From: Candidatus Bathyarchaeota archaeon
Lineage (GTDB): Archaea; Thermoproteota; Bathyarchaeia; 40CM-2-53-6
DNA length: 64,000 nucleotides
Assembly (NCBI GenBank): GCA_963733055.1
Contig: CAVTBR010000002.1
Coordinates: 64,001-128,000 of the forward strand
Direction: 5' to 3'
Every line of letters begins with the position of its first letter. Within the stretch, counting starts at the first letter, position 1. Shown here piece by piece: positions 35,933 to 46,645 of this stretch. The notes beneath the pieces are model-generated. The model was given only the letters and a program-made list of their open reading frames with translations, was not told where the DNA came from and ran no database searches. The translations under genes and the position numbers were made by a program.

Positions 35933-38157
35933 TTAGCGAGAGGTATTTTCGTGAAAGGCGGCAACCCCGCTGCCACCGGTATCGACCAAAGTCCCTGAGT
36001 AACTAGTCTTTGTCCGAAACGCCATCACGGTGCCCTTTATCGCATTGAAACAGGAGCTCATTCCAGTGGAGGTTAGTGCGGCCGACAGAGAGAGGGAAGC
36101 AAGCACGACTGCAACGGAGGCGACCATAAGCAGGCTCACTGAATCCACCAGATCGCCGAGCATGAGGAGCCCAATTGCGGCTAACAGTATCGCTCCGAGT
36201 GGTTTTACGAAGGATCTCCTGGTTGCTCGATTTCTCAAGCGCGGAAATGCAAGTCTCACTATGGCAAAGGGTAAGCCGAGGTACACCACTCCAATTAATC
36301 CACTGACCAGCAAACCAGAGAAAAGAATTGCAATCTCCGACTGGGAGTGGACGAGGCTGAACATTTTGTAAGAAAGCGATAGTATCCCGACGAGTGGGTA
36401 AAGTACCGCCCTCATGATACCGGATTCCGCGGATTATGCGCTATCTGATTCGCAACTTGCGGGCTGAACGAATAGTACCAGGTGTTGAAGGCGATCATGA
36501 AAGCTGACCCGGCTTTGGTCTTCAATATCGCGGCGTCACGGAAGTTGCGAAGGGTTTGAACTTGAGGGGCGAGTTCGGAACCGTAGGCGGCGGTCGCGAT
36601 GATGCAACGTGGGCCTGAGGCGGTTATTTGTACGGTTATGTCTGTACTGTGTTGAAAAGTGCCACTTATTCCCGCGATTCGTAGGTCGTAAGTTCCGGTG
36701 GACGCGGTTGAAGTCGTGGTGATACCCATTGGTGAACTGCCCGCCCCGCCGGGTGGTGGGGTTATGGGTGCGGGTAGCGTGAACCCTACGCCAGCCGGAG
36801 AACTACCGACCCATGAAGCAGAGAATGTGACTGGTGCACTAAAGCCTCCCAAGGAGGTCACAACAATGTTCGTTGATCCGCTCAGTCCTTGAACTATCGA
36901 CACGGTTGACGACGACGAAGCGATTGAGAAGTCAGGGGCACTGGGGCTGGTGCTGGTCGTCGTGATTGTTGCGACGGGCGCGATGATGACCGTGACATCG
37001 ACACTATGCATTGAGGACCCGCTCGCCGCCGTAACTCTGAGGGTATACGTACCAGGGGCAGCCGTGGGACCTGCTATGATCGTTAGAGTGGAAGTTGCTG
37101 TACCCCCTACGGTCGGGGTTATTGGGCTGGGTAGGTTGAAGGTAACGTCAGCCGGTGCGGCGTTCACCCAAGATGCGGCGAGACCTACTTGAGAGTTGAA
37201 CCCATCAAATGCTGTGATGTATATCGTTGCAGTCGCGGTTGATCCTGCGGGCAAGATCACCGTCGGCCCTGAGGTAACCGCAAAATCAGAAACACCCGTG
37301 GCGACGACGCTCAACGCAAGGGGGGTTGAGTGAGATAATGAGCCGCTTGTCCCGGTTACGGTGATAGTATAGTTTCCAACTGGGATATTACCCGGGACGA
37401 AGATGTCAACGGTGGAGCTGGCGGTACCTCCCGGGGCTGGTGTGATCGGGTTGTCGCTGAATGAACCGCCAACGCCGCTGACACCAGAAATGGAAAGTGT
37501 GACAGGCGAATCGAAATTGCTTAGAGAACTAACAATCACACCGAGACTGGCAGACGACCCTTGAACAAGAACTAGATTCGAAGAGGTTAATGCTACCGAG
37601 AAATCGCCTGAGTATTCGATGAACGCCCATGAGTTTGCTTGGCATGAACTGTTAGCGTAACCACAGCCTCCACTGTAAGCTGTGGAACACGCACTCCACT
37701 TGATAGACGATGAGCCTGACTGATCTATCAGATCGATAGCATAGCTCGACCCGGGGGTTAGTTGGACTCCGCTGGGAAACTGAACCTGGAACCAATTACC
37801 TGTGGGAGCGCCAAAACCGCCCGGAATGGAAAACGTGAATGCGCCCAATACGGCTCCTCCAATCCCTCCGAGTCGAATATTCGCTGTCATGGGCGTTGGA
37901 GCGCTGTTCGTAGAGTATACGTAAATGGAAAAACCTACGACAGATGACTGTGTTGGAGTGAATGTCTGGCCTGCGGGCTCGTGGGTGCCTATGCCGTCAA
38001 GGTATGACCCTCCGACCGCTGAACACTGCTGGTCAGCGACGAGTGAAGCAGCATTAACTTTCGCAGCGTTCGCGGATAAAGCGATGAACACAAGCATAAC
38101 GACGAGAGCTAGGCTACTTAGTCGTAGATCCTGAAATTTTCCCAACTTCAAATGCAT
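35933..38157 (-). CDS. Cell-surface protein with Ig-like repeats and CFI-box-CTERM domain (apparent frameshift near 36428)
   Basis: Signal peptide, three DF(S/A)...G(N/T)Y Ser/Thr-rich repeats, CIIATAAYGSELAPQV..LR.FRD, YYSFSP; TM tail continues in ORF 35933-36415. Confidence 0.85.
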
Positions 38158-38500
38158 CCATGTGTAGGTTGGACGGACTCGTTATTATAGGAAGCGGCAC
38201 TTTCTCCACCGAATCCCCAACGATACTAAGGGGAAAGCTAATTCGAAAGTCTCTGGCTACCTCGAAGGCACGTTGATCAGTCGAAATCTACGATCCTGCC
38301 TCGTCAGACTAGTTGGGGTCCTGAAAGTTCACGAGTAGCATGTTGGAAATAGTAGAAGCAGGAATATTGACATCGCAAGCAAGGTCAACTGAGTCAGGGC
38401 GGCTAAAATTGAGACCTCAACCTACGCCAATGTGCAGAGTTAGTCTCCTCAAACCGATTGACCAAACCATTCCTCGTAGTCGTCTACGTGAGTGTTAGTT

Positions 38501-39415
38501 ATGTCCTCTAGAATTGACTCATCGCTATCCGAGAGGTTTCTGATTCTAATCGTTTCGGTCGTTGCTATTTTTCTTTCGTGGAGCGTGATCCGGTACTGGT
38601 TGATCTCAGTCTCGTTCCCGGACAGGCTCATACACTTCGTCGATTTTGGAGTGATTGTAGCGATTGGTATCGGTGCGACGATAACCCTCGTGAGGTTAAT
38701 TGCTCCCACTATCGCGGCCCGAGCAGGTCCTACCCAGAGAAACACAGTCAAGATGCTTTTTGAGCTGTTAGGACTTGGAACAATCATTGTTGCAGCCATT
38801 TTTCTTTCAGGCCCCACGGGAAGCAATTTCGTTAGCGCGCTAGTGGGAATAGGATTCTTCGGTATAGTGGTAGGGCTGGCTGCACAGGCGGTGTTAGGCA
38901 ATCTAATCTCAGGGTTAATGCTTCTCGCCGCCAGGCCGTTCAATATCAACGACCGTATCGCGCTGATCACTTGGCAATATGGCAAGTTCCCCCCCTCCCT
39001 CACTCATGGATGGATGGAACCGAGCTACACGGGAGTAGTGAAGGGGATCAGTCTTGCGTATACGAGGATTCTGACCGACTCAAACGCTCTGCTAAAGATT
39101 CCTAACAGCATAGTAACTCAATCATTGGTCATGAATCTTAGCCACGGAAGACAGGGGGTGATCGGGATTCAATTCGAGGCACCGATACAACTTGACCCAG
39201 GAGACTTGCGCAAGAACCTAAATTCACATCTGTCAAAGAATCACGAGTTCAAGGGTGAAGAGGACAGTTTTGAGATCCTTGAAGCTTCCCCGGGGGCTTA
39301 CCTTGTCGGGGTGAGCTACAAGGTTGAGAGGCAGACCGAGAGACAGATGAAAAGCCTCTTACTCAGTGGAGTCCGCGAGGCTCTCAACGAGGCTAGAGAG
39401 CAAAAAACAAAGTAA
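38501..39415 (+). CDS. Small-conductance mechanosensitive channel (MscS family)
   Basis: GIVVGLAAQAVLGNLISGL..RPFNINDRI and IPNS motifs. Confidence 0.9.
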   Translation: MSSRIDSSLSERFLILIVSVVAIFLSWSVIRYWLISVSFPDRLIHFVDFGVIVAIGIGATITLVRLIAPTIAARAGPTQRNTVKMLFELLGLGTIIVAAIFLSGPTGSNFVSALVGIGFFGIVVGLAAQAVLGNLISGLMLLAARPFNINDRIALITWQYGKFPPSLTHGWMEPSYTGVVKGISLAYTRILTDSNALLKIPNSIVTQSLVMNLSHGRQGVIGIQFEAPIQLDPGDLRKNLNSHLSKNHEFKGEEDSFEILEASPGAYLVGVSYKVERQTERQMKSLLLSGVREALNEAREQKTK

Positions 39416-39542
39416 TTCGGCAAATTCGTGTTATCAATTTAAACCGCGCTCCACTTGGTCTACTTAGTGTAGCTGCATACATCTTCCCCCAATCCTAATG
39501 GGTTTGGGTGGGCTAATATCTGGTTGAGGAGAATGAAAAACT

Positions 39543-39731
39543 ATGGTCTCTGAGCTTAAGTTCCAAAGCAGCAGCGTGTACCTCTGCGAGTTCTGTGGGT
39601 ATGGTTATCAAGCCATTGGCACGGCGGAACGGTGCGAGCTGCATTGCGATACGCAAATGCGATCTTCGGCGAAGATAAGGGAACGGGCAGTGTACCAGCC
39701 CACAGTGGAAGTCCTGGCCGCCAAACGGTAG
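39543..39731 (+). CDS. Small zinc-finger protein
   Basis: YLCEFCGYGY...AERCELHC; GAGGAG upstream. Confidence 0.65.
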   Translation: MVSELKFQSSSVYLCEFCGYGYQAIGTAERCELHCDTQMRSSAKIRERAVYQPTVEVLAAKR

Positions 39732-39815
39732 GCTACACTCACAACACACCCATTGAATGACTAGATGCTGCGCACGAGTCGGCAATAATAGAATTCGATG
39801 GAGGTGAGCGGTGTT

Positions 39816-39923
39816 ATGATGAGAGCTCCAGTAATGTATCCCTCTTACGTATACCCACCAGCCTATCCATACGGATACTACTACTACAACCCTTGGTCAG
39901 GGTACTACGTCTGGGAATGGTAG
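39816..39923 (+). CDS. Tyr/Pro/Trp-rich micropeptide (35 aa)
   Basis: GGAGGTGA SD, then MMRAPVMYPSYVYPPAYPYGYYYYNPWSGYYVWEW-stop. Confidence 0.6.
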   Translation: MMRAPVMYPSYVYPPAYPYGYYYYNPWSGYYVWEW

Positions 39924-40058
39924 TGTTCGTGAGAGAATCCGGATGGTGGCACGCCTTCCCTAACGCCTCTTTTCTCCATTGCTCTTCGTAGCGGGATTAT
40001 GCGTAAAGCAAATATTCCTTTCGACCCTGCGCTCCCGCGTACGGGTGAAGTACAATAT

Positions 40059-40979
40059 TTGCTGAAGCTAACTCGATTCAAAGGAAACCCCATAATTGCC
40101 CCAAGAAAGGAAAAATCATGGGAACTTAACGGCACATTCAACCCAGGAACGATTGTTGAAAACGGAACTATCCACATACTCTACCGCGCCGTAGCTGAAA
40201 ACAGAGTTTCTAGGTTAGGCTACGCACGAAGCAATAACGGGACCGAGATTCATGATCGCTCCGAAAAACCCATTTTTGCGCCTTCTTCGGGCTGGGAGGA
40301 GTTTGGATGTGAAGATCCTCGGATTACTCGACTCGATGGCCGATTTTACATTACGTACACCGCGTATTCTCGGCGCGGTCCCCGCATAGCTCTCGCCTCA
40401 ACCGTTGATTTCGAGAATTTTGAGAAGCTTGGTTTGATAGGGCCGGATCGCGATGACAAGGACGGCGTGATTTTTCCGGAACGCATCGCTGGCAAAATTG
40501 CACTGCTGCACCGATTGGAGTCAAAGATTCAGATCGCTTACTTTGACAGCATCTTTGATATGCAAAAGTCTAGTGATTTTTGGAGAAGTTACGGGGAGCA
40601 CCTGGATGATTACGAGGTAATTAGGTCGAAGTTCCCGTGGGAACAGAGAAAGGTAGGCGTCGGACCGCCACCGATCAAGACAGATCGTGGATGGTTGGTC
40701 CTCTACCATGGCGTGAGCATAGACCACATTTACCGGGCGGGAGCAATGCTTCTAGACCCTGAAAATCCCGCAAGGGTTCTGAGACGCGCTAAGGAACCGA
40801 TTTTGGAGCCGGAAATGGAGTTTGAGAAGCTTGGGGTGGTTTCGAATGTTGTGTTTCCTGACGGAATTGCGGTGGTTAACGGAACATTATCCGTGTATTA
40901 CGGTGGAGCGGATAATGTTTGCTGCGTTGCCCAGACGCCTCTGAAACGACTTCTCGACGAACTTGAAGACTCGAACTGA
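40059..40979 (+). CDS. GH130-like glycosidase/mannoside phosphorylase (5-bladed beta-propeller)
   Basis: FNPG, LYRA, GCEDPRI, DKDGVIFPE, YHGV, NVVFP and YYGGAD motifs. Confidence 0.88.
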   Translation: MLKLTRFKGNPIIAPRKEKSWELNGTFNPGTIVENGTIHILYRAVAENRVSRLGYARSNNGTEIHDRSEKPIFAPSSGWEEFGCEDPRITRLDGRFYITYTAYSRRGPRIALASTVDFENFEKLGLIGPDRDDKDGVIFPERIAGKIALLHRLESKIQIAYFDSIFDMQKSSDFWRSYGEHLDDYEVIRSKFPWEQRKVGVGPPPIKTDRGWLVLYHGVSIDHIYRAGAMLLDPENPARVLRRAKEPILEPEMEFEKLGVVSNVVFPDGIAVVNGTLSVYYGGADNVCCVAQTPLKRLLDELEDSN

Positions 40980-40984
40980 GTCCA

Positions 40985-42079
40985 TTAATCCGTGTGGCCG
41001 AAACATCTCAGGAATTCTTCTGCACCAAGTAGGAATGCGATTGTGGATTCTGCACCTTGGTTCTGGTTGATTCCGCGCTCCCCGACCCCATCATAGCATC
41101 CTCCTGATTCCGCATCGTAAACGACCGCGTCTTTCGTATTCATGCCGAAAAACCATCCCAGTGCCTGCCGAGCCATACTCTCATACGATCTATCACCGGT
41201 CAATCGGTAGGCGTAAGCAGCGGCTTCGATCATTGCCGCCGGTTCCATGGGTTGTTGGTCGTACAGAGCCTTCGCTTTACCCTTGGTGTACCAGCCGTTG
41301 TTACCAATAGGAGTGCACACGCCATTCAGAGTCTCCGCGTTATTTAGGAAGCTCATCGTTTCTTCGCCCGCCTTTAGCAGCGCTTCGTCACGAAGAAGTT
41401 CGTAGGCGACTAGCATCGCTTGACTCAACCGCGCATTATCATATGTAAGAGTGTTCTCATACCACCGCCACTCACCATCTCTGTTCAGCTGGTAGGCTTT
41501 GAGTAGGTCGGCTGAGATTTCCTTCAAGTCGGTTCTTAGATTTTTGTCGTCAGGCTCTGAGAGCATCCGTTCATGTATTGCAAGACACGCAAAGGCCTTC
41601 GTACGAAGTGATTCTGAGACGCACGCCCATGGAAGTGCGCGATCGAAGATCAGCCTTGCAGACCCCTTCAGTCCTTCCGGCATGTCTGAATTCAATATTG
41701 CGCCCGTTGCCCAAAGCGCTCTTCCCAAATGGTCACCTATCGACGGCTTGTCGATGAGGTCAAGGGAAAAGTCCATGAAGTTATGGAATACTCCACCGTC
41801 GTCTTGCATTAGCAACAGGAAACTCAGGAGCTTCTTCTGAAGTTTGGGTAGGCGGTTGTCAGGCCAATATCGAGGCGCCTTGACACTGAACACAAGGGCC
41901 CGTGCACTGTCATCTACCGCGTAACCCTCTTTCTTGTATGGCACTGAGAACCTTGCGTGCTGGATTACAGCGGTAGCATCGGTAAGTGCGAACAGGTGGT
42001 CCAGCTTAACTGAGTTGACGAGTTTCCCGCACAACGTGAGCAGATCTTGTTGCAAGTCTGAAGGTTTCAGCATATCCAT
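40985..42079 (-). CDS. (alpha/alpha)6-barrel glycosidase-like domain normally fused to a GT4 glycosyltransferase
   Basis: KLDHL..LTD...IQHA, GYAVDD.ARAL, LTYDNARL, PIGN.GW, DQQP.E and NQNQGAEST motifs. Confidence 0.8.
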   Translation of the reverse strand: MDMLKPSDLQQDLLTLCGKLVNSVKLDHLFALTDATAVIQHARFSVPYKKEGYAVDDSARALVFSVKAPRYWPDNRLPKLQKKLLSFLLLMQDDGGVFHNFMDFSLDLIDKPSIGDHLGRALWATGAILNSDMPEGLKGSARLIFDRALPWACVSESLRTKAFACLAIHERMLSEPDDKNLRTDLKEISADLLKAYQLNRDGEWRWYENTLTYDNARLSQAMLVAYELLRDEALLKAGEETMSFLNNAETLNGVCTPIGNNGWYTKGKAKALYDQQPMEPAAMIEAAAYAYRLTGDRSYESMARQALGWFFGMNTKDAVVYDAESGGCYDGVGERGINQNQGAESTIAFLLGAEEFLRCFGHTD

Positions 42080-43205
42080 CAGCTACCCTTGTCCATCCCA
42101 TCTGTCGGCCGTACTTGAATGCATTTGCTTCCAATTGACGTTTAAGCACCGGATCACCCATTATCCGATCTACGCACTCAGCCAGGGAGCGCCCATCCGC
42201 AAATTTGCAAAGTAGGCCTCTGTTACCTGACAATACTTCCTTTGAGAAAGTTGATGGTGTTGAGACCACCGCCTTTCCGTGGCTAAGGGCTAGGGTCAAT
42301 GTTCCGCTCGAAACCTGATCCCTCCCGAGATAGGGCGCTACGTATACGTCCACAGCTTGGAGGTATCTTGACAGCCTGTCTTCAGGTAGAAAGTTGTCTA
42401 TGAATCTTACGTGGTTTTCGACTCCCAGCCGCTTGGTAAGCGCGACGAGCTTATCGCGGTAGGCCTCCCCTTCGTGCTTACGGACTTCCGGGTGGGTTTC
42501 TCCTATTACCAAATAGAGAAGATCCGGCCGTTCTTTGATGAGCCGAGGTATCGCTCTTATTGCGTACTCGATTCCTTTTCCTTCACTGATTAGGCCCAGA
42601 GTAGCGAGAACGAAATGTTTCTGTAACCCTAATTCGCGCTTTGCGTACTGGTCCCGCGGGCGTTCCGGTAGTGCCGCTCCGTGTCCGACCACTCTAATTC
42701 GATTGGGTGAAAGTCCCGTCTGATCCTCGAGAAGTTTTGCGGCGGATTCTATAGTCACCACAACTGCCTCACTCATCTCCGCGAGCTCAGTCAAAACCCG
42801 GCGTGCCTTCTCTGGCGGCTTGGCCATGACCGTGTGAAGAGTTGTTACGATCGGTTTCTCAAGATTCGAATAGAGATCTAGAACATACTCTCCCCATTCG
42901 CCGCCGAATATTCCATACTCATGCTGTATACTGACAACAGAGACATTGGACTTGTTGAGAAATTCCGCCGCAGCTAGGTAGCTATCGCGATCGTGTTGAT
43001 CTATTGTGCTTCTCACGTTCTTGTCGAGGTAACGGTTTCCCCCTTCCTCGTTAATGGCGACAATTATATTCTCGCGGGCGTGGCCCGCCATCAGTAATGC
43101 TAGTGAGAGGTTTCGTGTGTAACTCGCTATGCCACATTCTCTGGGTGGGTATGTGCTGACAAAACCTACGCGCAGTTGAGTATCTAATCTACTCCCCTCT
43201 TGCAA
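42006..43205 (-). CDS. GT4-family glycosyltransferase
   Basis: STYPPRECGIASY, IQHEYGIFGG, GKGIEY, GETHP and QVSSGTL motifs. Confidence 0.9.
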   Translation of the reverse strand: MQEGSRLDTQLRVGFVSTYPPRECGIASYTRNLSLALLMAGHARENIIVAINEEGGNRYLDKNVRSTIDQHDRDSYLAAAEFLNKSNVSVVSIQHEYGIFGGEWGEYVLDLYSNLEKPIVTTLHTVMAKPPEKARRVLTELAEMSEAVVVTIESAAKLLEDQTGLSPNRIRVVGHGAALPERPRDQYAKRELGLQKHFVLATLGLISEGKGIEYAIRAIPRLIKERPDLLYLVIGETHPEVRKHEGEAYRDKLVALTKRLGVENHVRFIDNFLPEDRLSRYLQAVDVYVAPYLGRDQVSSGTLTLALSHGKAVVSTPSTFSKEVLSGNRGLLCKFADGRSLAECVDRIMGDPVLKRQLEANAFKYGRQMGWTRVADGYAETFRLATRSAHVVRETRQLS

Positions 43206-43403
43206 TTGTATCCCAAAGTGTCGCTCAGTTTCGGGCCCCGATGGAACGGGCTCTACGCAAAACACACACGACAACTATTACCTAGGTCATGGATGGTTAA
43301 AAAGGTAGGTGGCACAGCAACCATTGACGAAACGACTCGCCATACCTCCATCGCCGATGGAAAGCAAGAGCGACTCGTTGTGCTGAAAAACACGGTCCAT
43401 TAA

Positions 43404-44312
43404 TCATATGTGTTGAGTAGACGAAGTCACTTCGTCAATGGAAAATTCCATTTCCATTCCGTGCTGCATCGATGCAGCAACCAGAGAGTTGTATAACAGC
43501 ATTGACACCGTTAGCGGCCCGACACCACCGGGTACAGGGGTAATGAAAGACGCTACACGAATTGCACCGTCAAAGTCAACATCGCCCACTAGTTTACCGT
43601 CGACACTGCTCGTTCCGATGTCCACGACGGCCGCTCCAGGCTTTATCATTGAGGGACCGACGGTAAATTCGGAACGGCGCCCGATCGCTGTGAGAAGAAT
43701 ATCCGCCTGCCTCGCGACGTCAGCTAGGTTCTTCGTTTTCGAGTGGCAAATCGTTACGGTCGCATCCTCGTTCAATAGAAGTTGTGTCAAGGATCTCCCG
43801 ATGAGCTTAGTCCTGTTGATCACGACTGCGTGCTTTCCGGCGATTCCAACCTGATAATACTTTAGGAGGATAATTACTCCCTTTGGAGTGCACGGGACGA
43901 GTTTCGCATCTTTTTCCGACAAACGCCCAAGGTTGCAAGGATTCAACCCGTCTACGTCTTTTTCTTCGGCAATTGACGAGACCGCCGCGGCCTCATCAAG
44001 AGCATCCGGCAGCGGAAGCTGCACGAGGATCCCCGTTACTGCCTCATCTTGATTCAGATCATGAATTGCCTTCTCAAGCGCTGACTGCGATATATTCCCC
44101 TGCAATTCAATATTACGCGATTTAATCCCGGCAGCGGTACACGCTGCCTGCTTGGCCTTGAGGTACGCTTGCGAAGCCGGATCACTTCCGACGATTACCG
44201 TTACGAGACTGGGTTCAACGTCCGACTTCCTGAGCGAAACAACCGCATCCCTAACCTTCGATCTAATGGTCCGGGCCACAGGGTTGCCGTCCATTATTCT
44301 CGCGCTCACCAT
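43404..44312 (-). CDS. folD: Methylene-THF dehydrogenase/cyclohydrolase
   Basis: GILVQLPLP, KDVDG, PCTPKG, ATVTICHS and TPVPGGVGP motifs. Confidence 0.96.
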   Translation of the reverse strand: MVSARIMDGNPVARTIRSKVRDAVVSLRKSDVEPSLVTVIVGSDPASQAYLKAKQAACTAAGIKSRNIELQGNISQSALEKAIHDLNQDEAVTGILVQLPLPDALDEAAAVSSIAEEKDVDGLNPCNLGRLSEKDAKLVPCTPKGVIILLKYYQVGIAGKHAVVINRTKLIGRSLTQLLLNEDATVTICHSKTKNLADVARQADILLTAIGRRSEFTVGPSMIKPGAAVVDIGTSSVDGKLVGDVDFDGAIRVASFITPVPGGVGPLTVSMLLYNSLVAASMQHGMEMEFSIDEVTSSTQHI

Positions 44313-44425
44313 GCTTCCCTCTACGATTGGAGTATGAATGTCACGCCTTATTGAAGAGTCGATTCCATTCGGGAATTGACCGAAACAAAATTAGCCTTGG
44401 CGCTCATCGTCGCAAGTGACCATTT

Positions 44426-45964
44426 TTGAAACTCATAGAGTGCGTCCCCAATTTTAGCGAAGGAAGGAGGAAAGAAGTGATAGATGCCATTACCAACGAA
44501 GCGCGAGCTAGGAACGTTAAGGTTCTCGATATCGAATCCGACGCCAACCACAATCGATCCGTTCTAACGTTCGTCGGAGACCCCGACGGCGTAAAGGACG
44601 CCGCTTTAGCGGTAAGTGCGAAAGCGATCGAACTCATCGACCTAAACAAGCACAGTGGCGAACATCCTAGGATGGGAGCCGTCGACGTCATCCCCTTCAT
44701 CCCAATATCCGACATCACAATGGAAGAATGTATCCAGCTAGCACGAGATTTTGCAAAGGAATTCGCTACTCGATTCAAAGTCCCCGTCTACCTATACGAG
44801 GCAGCGGCGACGCGGCGCGAAAGGAAGAACCTGGCCGACGTCAGAAAAGGCGAATTCGAGGGATTGCGAGAGCAAATTGGCAAAAACCCCGATAAAACAC
44901 CGGACTTTGGACCTAACGCAATTCACCCAACCGCAGGAGCTACAGCAATTGGCGCGAGACAGATCCTCATCGCGTACAACGTGAACTTAGCCACAACCGA
45001 CCTTGACGTGGCGAAGAAAATCGCTAAGCATGTAAGGGGAAAGGACGGAGGACTCTCAGCAGTAAAGGCGTTAGGCTTCGAATTGAAGGACCGCGGCATC
45101 GTCCAGGTTTCAATGAACATGGTTGACTACAAGGCCAGCCAGCTCTTCAAAGCCTTCGAGCTAATCCGGACACTCGCCGAGGAACAAGGCGTACAGATTG
45201 TCGAAAGCGAAGTCGTTGGCCTCGTTCCCCAAGAAGCCCTAATCGACAGCGCTGAGTTCTACCTCAGGCTCCACGGTTTCAAGAAGGACCAAATTCTAGA
45301 ACGCAAGCTCGCCGATTCAGGATCCGGGCAACTCGTGTCAATGAGCCTAGCCGCTTTCAGCTCGGAAGTTGCCTCCGAAAAACCCGTCCCAGGGGGAGGG
45401 AGCACATCTGCCTACGCCGTTACTTTGGCTGCAAGCCTAGTGAGCATGGTCTGCAGGCTTACCCTGAAGAGAACTGAATATGAACAATACTGGGGGGCCG
45501 TAAAGGAAATTCTTGCAGAGAGCGAAAAGCTTCGGATACAATCCCTCACATTTGTGGACAGCGACGCACAAAGCTTCGCTTCTCTAATGAAGGTGTATCA
45601 TCTGCCGAAAGAAACCGACGCCGATAAACAGGCAAGATCCAAGGCAATACAGCTTGGGCTCAAAGACGCCGCTCAGGTGCCACTTCAAACGGCAGTGTTT
45701 GCCGCACAAACCGTCCACGCCGCAAAGAGACTTGCTGAGTTTGCGAACACCAATGCGCTCTCGGACATTAGAACCGCCATCTTCCTAGCCAAAGCCGGAC
45801 TGCAGGGCGCTGGCGCTAACGTCTTAACGAATCTTAGCGGAATCAAGGAAGCGGACTACCGTAAAGAAATGGAGCAGAAGCTCAACGCCTTGGAGAATCA
45901 AATTGAGAAGGACGCGTCTGAGACACTAAGGATCCTTACTACGCGGTGCAAAGATGGCGGTTAG
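44426..45964 (+). CDS. ftcD: Bifunctional glutamate formimidoyltransferase / formimidoyl-THF cyclodeaminase
   Basis: IECVPNFSEGR, HNRSV, HPRMGAVDV, plus a C-terminal PVPGGGS cyclodeaminase domain. Confidence 0.93.
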   Translation: MKLIECVPNFSEGRRKEVIDAITNEARARNVKVLDIESDANHNRSVLTFVGDPDGVKDAALAVSAKAIELIDLNKHSGEHPRMGAVDVIPFIPISDITMEECIQLARDFAKEFATRFKVPVYLYEAAATRRERKNLADVRKGEFEGLREQIGKNPDKTPDFGPNAIHPTAGATAIGARQILIAYNVNLATTDLDVAKKIAKHVRGKDGGLSAVKALGFELKDRGIVQVSMNMVDYKASQLFKAFELIRTLAEEQGVQIVESEVVGLVPQEALIDSAEFYLRLHGFKKDQILERKLADSGSGQLVSMSLAAFSSEVASEKPVPGGGSTSAYAVTLAASLVSMVCRLTLKRTEYEQYWGAVKEILAESEKLRIQSLTFVDSDAQSFASLMKVYHLPKETDADKQARSKAIQLGLKDAAQVPLQTAVFAAQTVHAAKRLAEFANTNALSDIRTAIFLAKAGLQGAGANVLTNLSGIKEADYRKEMEQKLNALENQIEKDASETLRILTTRCKDGG

Positions 45965-45980
45965 CTGTCGTCTGACGAAT

Positions 45981-46559
45981 TCATCTCGTTCCGGTTTTCT
46001 CATACATTCTTCGAAACGTCCATCTGATCGCGTTCTTCAGTTCTAGCAGCCTCCGGTCGTCACCATAGTTCTGTACATGAATCGACTTGAGGCGGCCTTC
46101 CTCTTGCTCAACGTCGTAGGTCAGCATGTTGTCTGGTTGTAAAGCTCCCGCAGTCGCGGCCTCCCTGTCCTTACTCTGCATGGGTTCCAAGACTTTCGCT
46201 AAGAGAAACGAACGAAGAGGTGGTGAATTCGGATCTAGGTTGACGCCAGGATCGGGTAGAACACGGAGATCATGAGCCTCGATGGCTATCGAAGCAATCC
46301 GCACACCGTCCGTAGTCATGATTGGCACATTGTCGGATGGGACTTTCTCCAACGCTTCAGGTTTAGGTTTACTTGGCAGCGCGGTAGTGGCCGATCCGAT
46401 GTCAACCGGCCGGAAGCTCCTCTCGGCAAGAAGTGTATCGACAACTCCGAGAAATGATCTCAGGTACGCTACTTCTTCCTCTTGCTGCTTCAAGCGACGC
46501 TCCAGAAACGTCTTCATCTCAGCCAATTTCTTTGTTAGTTGGGGATCTGGTGCGCCCAA
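45981..46559 (-). CDS. Conserved archaeal hypothetical protein (N-terminal coiled coil)
   Basis: Coiled coil ending ERSFR, then PPLRSFL..KVL..M..KD and NY.D..RL.E......WTF.RM. Confidence 0.8.
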   Translation of the reverse strand: MGAPDPQLTKKLAEMKTFLERRLKQQEEEVAYLRSFLGVVDTLLAERSFRPVDIGSATTALPSKPKPEALEKVPSDNVPIMTTDGVRIASIAIEAHDLRVLPDPGVNLDPNSPPLRSFLLAKVLEPMQSKDREAATAGALQPDNMLTYDVEQEEGRLKSIHVQNYGDDRRLLELKNAIRWTFRRMYEKTGTR

Positions 46560-46645
46560 GGAACTTCACATTGTATGGGCAGAGCTTGACGGCATTAAAT
46601 AGTTCGTCGATCGGCGCAACTTGCTATGGCAGTCATGCAATGCAG

